Source: Pyrodictium occultum
GTDB lineage: Archaea; Thermoproteota; Thermoprotei_A; Sulfolobales; Pyrodictiaceae
Length of the DNA stretch: 32,000 nucleotides
NCBI RefSeq assembly: GCF_001462395.1
Contig: NZ_LNTB01000001.1
Location: 510,001-542,000 of the forward strand
Reading direction: 5' to 3'
The notes under the pieces are model-generated. The model had not been told where the DNA came from and ran no database searches. It saw only the letters and a program-made list of their open reading frames with translations. This document shows positions 1 through 8,793 of the stretch, one piece after another (position 1 is the first letter of the stretch; each line of letters starts with the position of its first letter). Both the position numbers and the translations under genes were made by a program.

Positions 1-525
1 CCTCTTGACCCGCACCTTTATGCTGCTCAGCTTATCCGCCAGGCTTGCTGCAGTCTTGGCGGCGATCAGCAAATAGTGTAGGGATGGCCTCTGCGAGGCA
101 ACCTCCACCAGGCTGTCACGGCCTACATGTTTAGCGATTATTCCTGGCAGAGGCGGGGTTACGGCCACTAGCCTAGCGCCGGTAAGGCGTGCAGCATCGG
201 CTGCTCGCGCTACAATGTTCTCCGTGCCGGGCTCTGCGAAGAGAACTATTAGAGGAGATTCTTCATGATAGGCGAGGGTGTGATATATTACCGCCTCTAT
301 AGGGTCTATGTACACGTTGTGGTCAGTGAGCTGCCGTAGAATCCAGTAGAGGAGATGAGCCGAGGCCTGGGCGTAGAAACTGCCGGCGAAGGCGACGTAT
401 ATAGTTCTCAACGTGCCCAGGCGCTCTACTAACTCCTTAGCCTTGCTGGCGCTATCAGCCTCTATCCTGGAGAGCGTTGCCTGCGTCAGAGCAGCGCTGT
501 CTCGAGGGATCGGCAGCAACTGCAC
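1..525 (-). CDS. SIS (sugar isomerase)-domain protein; the C-terminal part runs off the left window edge
   Basis: Absent from the supplied track because it leaves the window. My manual minus-strand translation is open from the in-frame stop at 565-567 down to base 1: [66 protein letters not shown]...[40 protein letters not shown]... The layout (G-S..A helix, then 'short loop-G-T-E..', then 'A...GA..VAVT') is SIS-like. The start is a guess (GTG 523-525 or TTG 517-519) and would overlap the 3' end of the MTAP gene. Confidence 0.45.
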   Translation of the reverse strand, partial: MQLLPIPRDSAALTQATLSRIEADSASKAKELVERLGTLRTIYVAFAGSFYAQASAHLLYWILRQLTDHNVYIDPIEAVIYHTLAYHEESPLIVLFAEPGTENIVARAADAARLTGARLVAVTPPLPGIIAKHVGRDSLVEVASQRPSLHYLLIAAKTAASLADKLSSIKVRVKR

Positions 526-1310
526 CTCGCCGGGTCGGGGCTCTCGGGAAGCCTCGGTATAAGCTCATACAGGAGCCGGCGGGCCTTCTCGGTGTTCTCC
601 CTCATGACCCTGGTTACCTCCTCGGCGGTTACAGGGCGCTCCGCCCAGACGTCGTAGTCTGTCACGAGTGCTAGCGTGGCATAGCATATCTGGGCCTCGC
701 ATGCCAGGTTTACCTCAGGCACCAGTGTCATGCCTATTATGTCGGCCTTGAATACTTCCTTCCAGACCCTGCTCTCAGCCTTCGTCGAGAACCTTGGACC
801 CTCTATGCATATGTACGTGCCACGTTCATGTATAGTGTAGCCTAGGTCTCTCCCCGTCCTTATGATCTCCTGCCTAAGGTGTTCACAGAACGGCTCAGCC
901 ATGCTCACGTGAGCTACCACGGGGCCTTCGAAGAATGTGTAATCCCTCTTCTTAGTCATGTCTATGAACTGGTCTGGAACCACTATGTCACCAGGCTTAT
1001 AGTCCTCGCGGAGGGAGCCAACGGCGGAGACGGCGATTATCCACTTGGCTCCCAGCTTCTTGAGCGCCCATATGTTGGCTCTATAGTTTATGCGGTGTGG
1101 CGGTATGCGATGCCCCCTGCCATGCCTCGGCAGGAAAGCTACGCGCCTCCCCTTCACGCTGCCAACTATAATGTAGTCGCTTGGCTCCCCATAAGGCGTG
1201 TATACTTTGACCTCCTTCGGATTCTCAACTATTCCCGGGTCGTAGAGGCCGCTGCCACCTATTATGCCGATGTCTGCTACAGCCTCGGGCTTAGGGGGGA
1301 ACTCTGCCAT
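486..1310 (-). CDS. mtnP: S-methyl-5'-thioadenosine phosphorylase (MTAP, PNP family 2)
   Basis: 274-aa ORF. Carries [10 protein letters not shown] near the N-terminus, [35 protein letters not shown] and IGMTLVPE, which is the characteristic MTAP motif set in the expected order. Confidence 0.9.
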   Translation of the reverse strand: MAEFPPKPEAVADIGIIGGSGLYDPGIVENPKEVKVYTPYGEPSDYIIVGSVKGRRVAFLPRHGRGHRIPPHRINYRANIWALKKLGAKWIIAVSAVGSLREDYKPGDIVVPDQFIDMTKKRDYTFFEGPVVAHVSMAEPFCEHLRQEIIRTGRDLGYTIHERGTYICIEGPRFSTKAESRVWKEVFKADIIGMTLVPEVNLACEAQICYATLALVTDYDVWAERPVTAEEVTRVMRENTEKARRLLYELIPRLPESPDPARCSCCRSLETALL

Positions 1311-1378
1311 GCTTATACACCATGTCGAGGCGTTGGGGACAGTAACCGGAGGAATATAATGGTTAACAGTGGCTCTGG

Positions 1379-2296
1379 CTACAGGCTCCGCGGTTTACGG
1401 GCTACTACGCCCTGAGCCTTGTCGTTGAAGTGTATATTGGTGAACCCTGCGGCCCTCAGTCTCTCAACAACGCCCCTTACGATGGGGCCGCGGCCGTGGC
1501 CTCTGGTCTTCATGGGCTCTCCTGTATAGTGGAAGAGCACGCCCCCGGGCTTCAGTACGCGGTAGATCTCGCGATAGAATACGCTGCTATATAGCTCCCC
1601 GGCCACGTTGAACCTTGGAGGGTCATGTATCACGCGGTCGAAGCTGTTGTCAGGCAGGAGCCCTATTACTTGGGAGGCGTCGCCCAGAATGATTACCGCC
1701 CTCCTGTCGGCTAGCCTCTTGCTCGACGGGTTTAACTCAGCCAGTGCCAGCACTTCCCTGCTAACCTCTATTGTGTAGACTCTGCTTGCTCCCCTCTCTA
1801 GCGAGGCTATGGCGGTATAGCCTAGGCCTGTACATACATCAAGAACCACGTGCCCGCGTTTTACCCGGGCGGCGGCAACCTTGGCTCTAGCATCGCTCAC
1901 GGGGTCCATGCCTACTATGCGGTGCATGTGTATGCCGTTGATAATCAATGTGGGGGTTTTGAGGCCTCGAGGGTTGTGGAGCCTCATGTAGGCTCCTGGC
2001 CGCCTAACCTCAATAGGTATGAGCCCCTTTCCCGTAACCATGTACATGTAGTCTTCCCGCAGGAGCCTGGCCTCAGCACTATCGAGTGTTACTGATATAG
2101 CTCCATTGATGCTTACTTCTAGTACCCCGTCGGAACATGATACGGTGGAGTACCCCCACTCTATGCGCTCATTTCTCCCCTCACTGCACTCTGCTGCCAC
2201 GTCAACCAGCAGGTAGCCTGGCACAGCGGCTCTGCGTGGCTGAAACCTATAAACCTCCAACCCGTAGGTCGTGGGCTCCAAGGGCTCCCCTGGCAC
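1379..2296 (-). CDS. Class I SAM-dependent methyltransferase (archaeal type) with a ~120-aa N-terminal domain
   Basis: 305-aa ORF. Motif I is [13 protein letters not shown], followed by HDPPRF (an (D/N)PP(F/Y)-type motif IV) and KPGGVLFHY. The substrate cannot be inferred from sequence. Confidence 0.7.
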   Translation of the reverse strand: MPGEPLEPTTYGLEVYRFQPRRAAVPGYLLVDVAAECSEGRNERIEWGYSTVSCSDGVLEVSINGAISVTLDSAEARLLREDYMYMVTGKGLIPIEVRRPGAYMRLHNPRGLKTPTLIINGIHMHRIVGMDPVSDARAKVAAARVKRGHVVLDVCTGLGYTAIASLERGASRVYTIEVSREVLALAELNPSSKRLADRRAVIILGDASQVIGLLPDNSFDRVIHDPPRFNVAGELYSSVFYREIYRVLKPGGVLFHYTGEPMKTRGHGRGPIVRGVVERLRAAGFTNIHFNDKAQGVVARKPRSL

Positions 2297-2354
2297 CCGA
2301 GGGTTTAGAGGATCCGTGGTCTCCCGTGTTTACCCTGGCGTGTCTACCTCAGGC

Positions 2355-2423
2355 TAGGGGATGATGTGCACGACTCACTCTGACGCGCTGCCGTATGGTG
2401 ATGGAGGTTTCGGCTGACCCTTG
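2355..2423 (+). ncRNA. Candidate box C/D sRNA (imperfect architecture)
   Basis: C box AUGAUGU (2361-2367), a 12-nt spacer, D' CUGA (2380-2383), C' GUGAUGG (2398-2404; or AUGGUGA 2395-2401, which restores a 12-nt guide), and D box CUGA (2414-2417). The flanks UAGGGG (2355-2360) and CCCUUG (2418-2423) can form a 6-bp terminal stem including G-U pairs. The GAUG cores are intact but position 7 deviates in both C boxes and the D'-C' spacer is long. Confidence 0.35.
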
Positions 2424-2789
2424 TTCCTGGACTCCAGTAGGGCGTCTATGTAGGTTTTTACTGCTAGCGCGTGTTTGCATAGCCTTCCATAGTATGATGC
2501 TGGGCATGTGCATCGTAGGTAATTTCTCCTTGGACTGTAGTAGACGATGTATATGCCGTGCTTCCCCTGACTGTTGCAGCGTACGTCCCGGGCGCTACAA
2601 TCCTCATGTATATTATTCTTCCCTGGTTTACTATACGAGCAGCCTCTGGCAGCAGTCTCTTTTTAGAGCTCTCTGGCTTGTTCTCGGACCCACCCGGCCT
2701 ATCGGCTGCAACAACTTGCTGCATACCCGGTAGCCCGGAGGACGTGTGAAAGTGAGGCTGAGCCCTAAGGGACCCGGGTGTAACTAAGC

Positions 2790-3680
2790 ATGTCAGTTAC
2801 CAGCTTGAATACCCTCAAAGGGGTCCTAATGCTCACCAGGCCTCATAACTTGTTTGTGGCTATAATCACTACATTCATAGGCTACGGCCTAGTGTCCAGG
2901 ATATATGGGCTCCCCTTACTATCCTCATCATTCATATACGCTACAGCTGTAGTCGTATTTGTAGCTGCGGCTGGCTATGTAATAAACGATTACTATGACG
3001 TAGAGACGGATAGGGTGTCAAAGCCCTGGAGGCCTCTTGTGACTGGCATAGTAGCGCCAACCACTGCAAGGCTCCTAGCATATATACTATACCTGGCTGG
3101 TATGGTGGTCTCCCTTGTCCTAGGCTTCTGGCCGGCGGTATTTGCAGCGCTAAACGCGGTGCTGACACACGAGTACTCGCGTTGGGTTAAAAAGACCGGT
3201 TTTCTAGGCAATCTGCTAGTGGCACTGAACTCCGCTGCAACCATACTCTTCGGAGGCCTCGTAAGGAGTCTCGACGCTAACTCCCCGGTACCCTACCTCG
3301 TCCTGCTACCATCACTCTATGCTTTCCTGCTCATACTGGGAAGGGAGATAGTGAAGGGCATAGAGGACGTGGAGGGGGATAAGCGCATAGGAGCAATGAC
3401 TCTTGCAGTCAGCTGTGGAGTCCACTGCGCTAGAAGTGTTGCTGCACTACTCCTGCTCGTAGTAGTTGCTATAAGCCCATTGCCAGCTCTGCTAGGGCCG
3501 TACAACCTGGCTTACCTAGCGCTGGCGCTTGTCGTGGACGCGAGCATTATCTTAGCGATACATGCACTCTACAATGGTCATGAGGCTCGGCATATAGTAG
3601 AGGCCTCCAGGAGAGCCAGGAGCCTCCTTAAGATAAGCTTACTCGCCGGGGGCCTCGCTTTCGCCTTGGGCCTCTTCTAG
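2790..3680 (+). CDS. UbiA-family prenyltransferase, probably digeranylgeranylglyceryl phosphate (DGGGP) synthase
   Basis: 296-aa polytopic membrane ORF. It has the two Asp-rich motifs NDYYDVETDR and KGIEDVEGDKRIG. The D..GD form of the second motif is what I associate with archaeal DGGGP synthases. The specific substrate is inferred. Confidence 0.75.
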   Translation: MSVTSLNTLKGVLMLTRPHNLFVAIITTFIGYGLVSRIYGLPLLSSSFIYATAVVVFVAAAGYVINDYYDVETDRVSKPWRPLVTGIVAPTTARLLAYILYLAGMVVSLVLGFWPAVFAALNAVLTHEYSRWVKKTGFLGNLLVALNSAATILFGGLVRSLDANSPVPYLVLLPSLYAFLLILGREIVKGIEDVEGDKRIGAMTLAVSCGVHCARSVAALLLLVVVAISPLPALLGPYNLAYLALALVVDASIILAIHALYNGHEARHIVEASRRARSLLKISLLAGGLAFALGLF

Positions 3681-3751
3681 CCCTTTATCCTGAGGAGACC
3701 TACGGCCCTAGGAAGCGGGCTCTGAGAGGTCGATGCTCAGCATAAACCGCC

Positions 3752-4405
3752 TCAGGATAGGGTAGCCTCTTCACAGCCCGTGCGTAGCACGTCCAGCATC
3801 GATGCTATAGCCCTACGCAGCCTATCCAGTTTACGCTTCCCCAATGCTAGGTAGGAGTTGAGGAGCTCAGCCAGCAAGCTATAATTCCGCGTGGCTACGA
3901 ACCTTCCCCTGAACATTATAGGTATGTCTATCCGCTCGGTGCCGAATATGAACATGTAGTAGGACCTGGATGTATAGCGGTACCCCGTATACTTATAGCC
4001 AGCCCTGACAGCTATGCTGGCTAGAAGCTCTGCCATAGCAATGCTGCATGTGTGGAGCGCCAGTATTGGGGGCTGTGCGGCTGCCCAGAGGTAGCTATGG
4101 TTAGCGTTCATGGCCTCTCTGACGGCCTCCTCAAGCTCTTGTGGCCCTATGGGCTTATGCCACTTTCGTACAATACCTCCATGCCTCTTGTCGCCGGGCG
4201 TGGGTGCGGAGAACACGGCTATGCGGCCACTGCAGGAGCTGGATGTTGCTATGCATGGTATAGAGTTCAGAGCTTCAAGAACATCCATGATGTCTTGGTC
4301 TAGCTCGTTTCTTGTAGACGCCTCACGGAGGCTTTCAAGGAGTCTTCTACGCAGGCCTCGCCACTCAGCGGTGTTACATGTACTCGGCTGTGGAGCCACA
4401 TGCAT
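3752..4405 (-). CDS. taw3: tRNA wyosine-derivative methyltransferase Taw3 (TYW3 family)
   Basis: 217-aa ORF with the hallmark TYW3 motif ...IPCIATSSSCSGRIAVF..., preceded by the usual helical N-terminal segment. The start overlaps the upstream gene by 32 nt; an alternative GTG lies at 4399. Confidence 0.75.
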   Translation of the reverse strand: MHVAPQPSTCNTAEWRGLRRRLLESLREASTRNELDQDIMDVLEALNSIPCIATSSSCSGRIAVFSAPTPGDKRHGGIVRKWHKPIGPQELEEAVREAMNANHSYLWAAAQPPILALHTCSIAMAELLASIAVRAGYKYTGYRYTSRSYYMFIFGTERIDIPIMFRGRFVATRNYSLLAELLNSYLALGKRKLDRLRRAIASMLDVLRTGCEEATLS

Positions 4406-5108
4406 ACATTACACCTAGCCATGCGGCTAGTGAGGCGTAGCCGCTGGCCCTTACGGGGTTGAAGAAGAGTATCAGCCCTTCCCCAATGCCCTTGACTTCG
4501 CCTATTATGCTGACGTCATTCACGGACAGTATCTTATTAATAAGTCTTGCCCTGGGTCCCACTATCTCGTATATATTCTCTATGCAGCAGCTGGGGCTGG
4601 GCTTCCCAACAGCACCCGCCGGGTGCAACGGGTTGTGCGAATACAGGTTGCCGCATATGCCACCCCTTTCCTGCACTTCGAGTCCACCATAGTCCTTGGA
4701 TACTACCATTACCCCGTTCAGGCCTTTCCTTACCACGTTCTCGAAGAATTCCTCATAATCCACCTCAACAACCCGGATGCCTGGCGAGCGTATGAGGGCG
4801 GCAACCTCTTCCGACGCTGCTACAATGCACGTCCTATCCCCGGGAACCAGCCTACCATACCCCCATGTTGATGCATGGACTGTCACTCCGCTATCGCCGC
4901 AGCCGGGCGGGCATATGATGCTGCCCACGCCTACTACCTGCTCCACGGTGAACCCGTTATTCTCCAGAACAGCGGTGAACGGCATGTCCGCAATCATGCA
5001 CTTACACTTGCCCCCAGATATTATTGAGAGTACCTCCCTGAGCTTCCCCGGCTCCGAGAGCAGATGCTCTATGAGGTATACAACGCTGCCAGCAGGTATC
5101 TGCGGCAT
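4374..5108 (-). CDS. Hypothetical protein, Cys-containing, function unknown
   Basis: 244-aa ORF with codon use like its neighbours and no better competing frame. Cys features are CKC, CPPGCGDSG and SCC. I recognise no family. Confidence 0.6.
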   Translation of the reverse strand: MPQIPAGSVVYLIEHLLSEPGKLREVLSIISGGKCKCMIADMPFTAVLENNGFTVEQVVGVGSIICPPGCGDSGVTVHASTWGYGRLVPGDRTCIVAASEEVAALIRSPGIRVVEVDYEEFFENVVRKGLNGVMVVSKDYGGLEVQERGGICGNLYSHNPLHPAGAVGKPSPSCCIENIYEIVGPRARLINKILSVNDVSIIGEVKGIGEGLILFFNPVRASGYASLAAWLGVMYACGSTAEYM

Positions 5109-5256
5109 GGCATCGGCACCCCTCAGCAGCCTGGTTACACTTCATCGCGTCGCTCAGCCCTTACATGGGTCCTCATCGGGCAGTTGCTATGAGAGAGCCT
5201 AGCCTCTATCTACCCTTCGCCCTATCTGAGCAGCTAATTCTGGGGCCTTAGAAGCC

Positions 5257-5667
5257 TTGATGAGGCGGTGGCCGAAGCGCCGCGAGTTCCTAGCCTACTA
5301 CCTGCTATTGAAGTATGCGGGAGAGAGCGGCTCCAAGGACACGTGTATAAACGCGGGAGAAGCGGTTGACGTCTTGACAGTACTAACTGGGAGCAAGAGG
5401 CTTGCGAGATCGCTGCTCCGGCAGCTAGTAAGGAAGGGGTTTCTTCAGAGGGCCAGGCCCATGGTGTACTGTATACGCAGCCTCGAGGAGCTTCTAGACG
5501 AAGCCCTTACCCGCTACATTGCCGGGAGGCTACGCCGCCGTGGGGTAGAGGCGGAGGTCAAAACTGCCAGCGGCTCCAAGCCAGCCATACTAGTTATGGA
5601 TAGGGAGTATTGTAGGAAGCTAGCCCAAATAATACCGAGGAGCGGACTAGAGCTGGAGTGCCCGTAG
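5257..5667 (+). CDS. Hypothetical small basic protein, possible winged-helix DNA binder
   Basis: 136-aa ORF starting TTG-ATG. The segment SKRLARSLLRQLVRKGFLQR resembles a wHTH recognition helix plus wing. Weak assignment. Confidence 0.5.
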   Translation: MMRRWPKRREFLAYYLLLKYAGESGSKDTCINAGEAVDVLTVLTGSKRLARSLLRQLVRKGFLQRARPMVYCIRSLEELLDEALTRYIAGRLRRRGVEAEVKTASGSKPAILVMDREYCRKLAQIIPRSGLELECP

Positions 5668-5692
5668 CCTCCAGGGGCCAGGGGCTTCAGCT

Positions 5693-6058
5693 CTAGTCCT
5701 CCTCGTAGATCTCCACCATTATGCGTGCCTTCACCTTGTCCCTGGAGAACGGGGGCGGGGACTCTCCCAGGTCCACTGCGAAGACCACGTTGTTACCAAT
5801 ACTGTCCGTGAATCTTACCTCGGCTATGTACCGCTTCTTAGGTCCCGTCTCAAGCACCTTGAGCACAGCGTCGTATATTCTGCTTAGTGCCATCTGTAGT
5901 GCGACGGGGCTGCTGAAGTCCTCCGGCTTCAGCTGTATAGCTTGGATGCCCTGCATTACTTCTCCTATACGTGCCTCCCCCTGGAATATTGCCAGTTTCT
6001 TCTCCCCACTATTACCGGTGTCCTGGCTTCTACGCTCCTCACCCATAGCTCCAACCAC
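5693..6058 (-). CDS. Hypothetical protein
   Basis: 121-aa ORF divergent from nop5. It shares a TATA-like box at 6089-6098. No recognisable motif; an alternative start is the ATG at 6046. Confidence 0.5.
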   Translation of the reverse strand: MVGAMGEERRSQDTGNSGEKKLAIFQGEARIGEVMQGIQAIQLKPEDFSSPVALQMALSRIYDAVLKVLETGPKKRYIAEVRFTDSIGNNVVFAVDLGESPPPFSRDKVKARIMVEIYEED

Positions 6059-6088
6059 CGATTTTACCCGGTGATAGTGGAATGGAAT

Positions 6089-6098
6089 ACTTAAATAG
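6089..6098. promoter_or_regulatory. TATA-like box (ACTTAAATAG) in the divergent spacer between 5693..6058(-) and nop5(+)
   Basis: This is the only A/T-rich element in the 94-bp spacer and reads TATA-like on both strands. A Shine-Dalgarno-like GGAGGT at 6137-6142 lies 10 nt before the nop5 ATG. Confidence 0.4.
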
Positions 6099-6152
6099 TC
6101 TCCTCTGTAGGGCTAGCCCTAAAGGGGTGTCGTTAGGGAGGTAATTTCGGCC

Positions 6153-7421
6153 ATGAAGGTTTATATTGTTGACCATTTTACCGGCAGCTACGCCCTCAAT
6201 GAGGATAGGGAACTAGTGGCATACGAGCATGTGTCAAAAAGCCTTGACGATATAGTAGAGGAGGCACTCAAGGTGGAGCGAGGCGAGCCGACGGCAGCGT
6301 ATCTTAGGCTTCTTGAGAAGCTTAAAGAGAGGGGTATCGCCACCGTAGTCGTTGAGACCACTGAGATGGCCAAGGTGGCATCTAGCAAGGGCTTTGAGGT
6401 TGAGGTTAGGCCTGCCAATGAGATAGCCCGCCACTTTAGGAACCAAGCGGCCGAGATAGCCTCCAGCACCGGGTTCGTTAAGGATGTAGACGAGTACTAT
6501 AAGCTCCTGCATGAATTCACCATTGAGATGACCCGGAGAAAGCTACGTCGCGCCGCTCAGAAGCGTGACCTCCTAGCAGCCCAGGCTATAAGAGCCATAG
6601 ACGATATAGATAAGACGACTAACTTGTTCGCTGCAAGGCTCCGCGAGTGGTACAGCCTCCACTTCCCAGAGCTAGACGATCTAGTCCGCGAGCATGAAGA
6701 CTATGTGAAGATAGTGGCTGAGCTGGGCCACCGTGACAATATAACTGTTGAAAACCTAGTGAAGCTCGGTTTCAGCGAGGAGAAGGCCAAGAAGATTGCA
6801 GAGGCGGCCGCTAAGAGCATGGGCGCCGACTACCCGGAGTTCGACATACAGCCTATGCAGAGACTGGCGAGGATCACGCTTGAGCTCTATAAGCTGCGTA
6901 GAGACCTCTCAGACTACATAGCCCAGGTAATGAAGGAAGTAGCCCCCAATGTAACAGCGCTAGTCGGCCCACTGCTAGGCGCGAGGCTCATAAGCCTTGC
7001 AGGCAGCCTGGAGGAGCTAGCCTATATGCCAGCCAGCACCATCCAGGTGCTGGGCGCCGAGAAGGCGCTCTTCCGCGCCCTACGCACGGGAGGGAAGCCG
7101 CCGAAGCATGGCGTGATATTCCAGTATCCCGACATTCATCGTAGCCCCCGTTGGCAGCGTGGTAAGATAGCTAGGGCTCTCGCCGCTAAGCTCGCTATAG
7201 CAGCTAAGGTGGACTACTTCACGGGCAGGTACATCGGCGATAAGCTGAAGGAGGCTCTGAGGAAGAGGATAGAGGAGATAAAGAGGATATATAAGAAGCC
7301 GCCCAAGAGGAAGGAGATAAAGCCTGCAAAGCCTGCTAGACCCGCTAAACCGGCACGGCCCAGCCGCGGCGGAAAGGGTGGTAAGGGCAGGGGCAGGAAG
7401 GGGAGAAGAAAGGGGAGGTAG
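6153..7421 (+). CDS. nop5: Nop5 (Nop56/58) box C/D sRNP core protein
   Basis: 422-aa ORF with a coiled-coil middle region and the Nop domain (LREWYSLHFPEL ... VGPLLGARLISLAGSLEELAYMPASTIQVLGAEKALFRAL ... KHGVIFQ). It lies directly upstream of fibrillarin, the conserved archaeal gene pair. The C-terminus is a K/R/P-rich tail. Confidence 0.95.
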   Translation: MKVYIVDHFTGSYALNEDRELVAYEHVSKSLDDIVEEALKVERGEPTAAYLRLLEKLKERGIATVVVETTEMAKVASSKGFEVEVRPANEIARHFRNQAAEIASSTGFVKDVDEYYKLLHEFTIEMTRRKLRRAAQKRDLLAAQAIRAIDDIDKTTNLFAARLREWYSLHFPELDDLVREHEDYVKIVAELGHRDNITVENLVKLGFSEEKAKKIAEAAAKSMGADYPEFDIQPMQRLARITLELYKLRRDLSDYIAQVMKEVAPNVTALVGPLLGARLISLAGSLEELAYMPASTIQVLGAEKALFRALRTGGKPPKHGVIFQYPDIHRSPRWQRGKIARALAAKLAIAAKVDYFTGRYIGDKLKEALRKRIEEIKRIYKKPPKRKEIKPAKPARPAKPARPSRGGKGGKGRGRKGRRKGR

Positions 7422-7488
7422 CTCCCTTGCACGCCCCGGCTAGCCCAGGGGCAGGCTCCATCGTGGAGTAGTATGAGGTGGTAGAGGA

Positions 7489-8205
7489 ATGGTTGAGGTC
7501 GTCAATGTATATGAGCATGACCGCTACAAGAACGTCTACGTGGTCGAGCTGGAGGACGGATCCACGAGGCTTGCCACGGTCAACCTAGCTCCAGGGAAGA
7601 GGGTCTATGGAGAGAGGCTCTTCAAGTGGGGAGACAAGGAGCTGCGCGAGTGGAACCCCTACCGCAGCAAGCTTGCCGCAGCCCTGCTTAAGGGCATCGA
7701 GGAGCTCCCGATAAAGCCTGGGCACCAGATACTCTACCTAGGCGCCGCTACCGGTACAACACCCAGCCATGTATCCGACTTACTGGGCCCCAGAGGCAAG
7801 CTCTACGCGCTCGATGTAGCGCCACGTGTAATGAGGGAGCTTATAGCCGTCTGTGAGACCAGGCCCAACATGTTCCCCTTGCTCGCCGACGCTAGGAGGC
7901 CCTACGAGTACCGCCACATAGTTGAACTCGTAGACGGGATATATGCTGACGTAGCCCAGCCTGACCAGGCAACCATAGTGGCGGACAATGCTGACTACTT
8001 CCTGAGGGAGGGAGGCTACCTGCTAATGGCTATAAAGGCTAGGAGCATTGATGTGACCAAGGAGCCGAGCGAGGTGTTCCGTAGCCAGATAGACGAGCTG
8101 AAGAACAGGGGCTTCGAGATAATAGATATGGTGCACCTGGAACCCTTCGATAGGGACCACGCAATGGTGTATGCAAGGTATAGGCCCCAGAAGCAGGGGG
8201 CCTAG
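7489..8205 (+). CDS. flpA: Fibrillarin-like rRNA/tRNA 2'-O-methyltransferase
   Basis: 238-aa ORF with VYGERL, WNPYRSKLAAALL, ILYLGAATGTTPSHVSD and ADVAQPDQA motifs. A GAGGTGG Shine-Dalgarno-like sequence lies about 10 nt upstream. Confidence 0.95.
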   Translation: MVEVVNVYEHDRYKNVYVVELEDGSTRLATVNLAPGKRVYGERLFKWGDKELREWNPYRSKLAAALLKGIEELPIKPGHQILYLGAATGTTPSHVSDLLGPRGKLYALDVAPRVMRELIAVCETRPNMFPLLADARRPYEYRHIVELVDGIYADVAQPDQATIVADNADYFLREGGYLLMAIKARSIDVTKEPSEVFRSQIDELKNRGFEIIDMVHLEPFDRDHAMVYARYRPQKQGA

Positions 8206-8223
8206 GAGGCCCCTCAAGGTTTT
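8197..8223 (+). terminator. Hairpin spanning the flpA stop codon, followed by a T4 tract
   Basis: GGGGCCT (8197-8203) pairs with AGGCCCC (8207-8213) around the TAG stop. TTTT follows at 8220-8223. Oligo-T is the usual archaeal termination signal. Confidence 0.3.
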
Positions 8224-8315
8224 AGCATGGAGGCACCACTAGGCTGCTATCTGTATGGTGGTAGCCTCCAAGCACCTGCTACGCCCTTGCCACCCCTCGG
8301 GGGGCCTCGGGAGTT

Positions 8316-8759
8316 ATGACTATGGATTCTACAGCCGCAGACAAGCTCTATCTCCATCTGTACCGTAGGATACATATGGATAAACAGTTCTTCAGCTCTA
8401 TTCGCCCCGTGGAGTACAAGCCCCTCAGCGTCCTGCTCGAGGAGGAGAAGCCCAGCGTGCGGTTGGCGTCAGGCAGCCGCCACGTGCTCGACCGGGATGA
8501 CCTCGAGAGGCTTCGCCAGCGGCTCCCCTGGTACATGCACAGCCTGGTAAAGCTTCCCTTTTACTTCATATACTCGCGCGTGGGCGAAGTGGGCCAATAC
8601 CGGCTGGCGGGTCCGGACAAGTGGGCCGCCAAGGCCCTGGGCCTACTCCTCGCCGGCGACATAACCGTCGAGAAGTGGAGGCTTACCAGGAGTGAAATGG
8701 CCCGCCTGCTCTCCTCGTTTAAAACCCTTATAATCGTCTCCCTATCAATTTCAGTATGA
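8316..8759 (+). CDS. UPF0216/DUF61-family protein (conserved archaeal, function unknown)
   Basis: 147-aa ORF. The pattern EEEKPSVRLASGSRHVLDRDDLERLRQRLP...LKLPFYF...G...L.G matches my memory of the DUF61 consensus (P.V.LRDGS.H.F...EL..L...L....L.LPI). Confidence 0.6.
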   Translation: MTMDSTAADKLYLHLYRRIHMDKQFFSSIRPVEYKPLSVLLEEEKPSVRLASGSRHVLDRDDLERLRQRLPWYMHSLVKLPFYFIYSRVGEVGQYRLAGPDKWAAKALGLLLAGDITVEKWRLTRSEMARLLSSFKTLIIVSLSISV

Positions 8760-8793
8760 GTGCTGGGTAAAGCAAGGGAGGCCTGCAAGGAGG

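Noticed and set aside
879-1415. 178-aa plus-strand ORF antisense to MTAP
   Set aside because: It is a shadow ORF opposite a gene with unambiguous MTAP motifs. It has no motifs of its own and is typical of GC-rich DNA.
2427-2545. ORB-like sequence CTCCAGTAGGG and a related GGACTGTAGTAG, which might mark a replication origin in the low-GC spacer
   Set aside because: There is only a partial match to the archaeal ORB core (CTCCAGTGGAAA-like, from memory). There are no inverted pair of ORBs, no marked A/T-rich unwinding element and no orc1/cdc6 gene nearby.
2494-2570. Second C/D-like motif set (AUGAUGC ... ACGAUGU ... CUGA)
   Set aside because: There is no D' box at the 12-nt position, the C'-D spacer is 16 nt, the total length is 77 nt, and no terminal stem can form. 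This is most likely a chance occurrence.
2395-2733. 112-aa plus-strand ORF, plus the overlapping 86-aa minus-strand ORF (2464..2724), in the long spacer
   Set aside because: Both have composition and codon endings unlike every confident gene in the window. The plus ORF is Cys/Leu-rich and low-complexity, and the minus ORF uses many A/T-ending codons. The plus ORF also runs through a T5 tract. I recognised no motif. I kept the region as a finding, not as genes.
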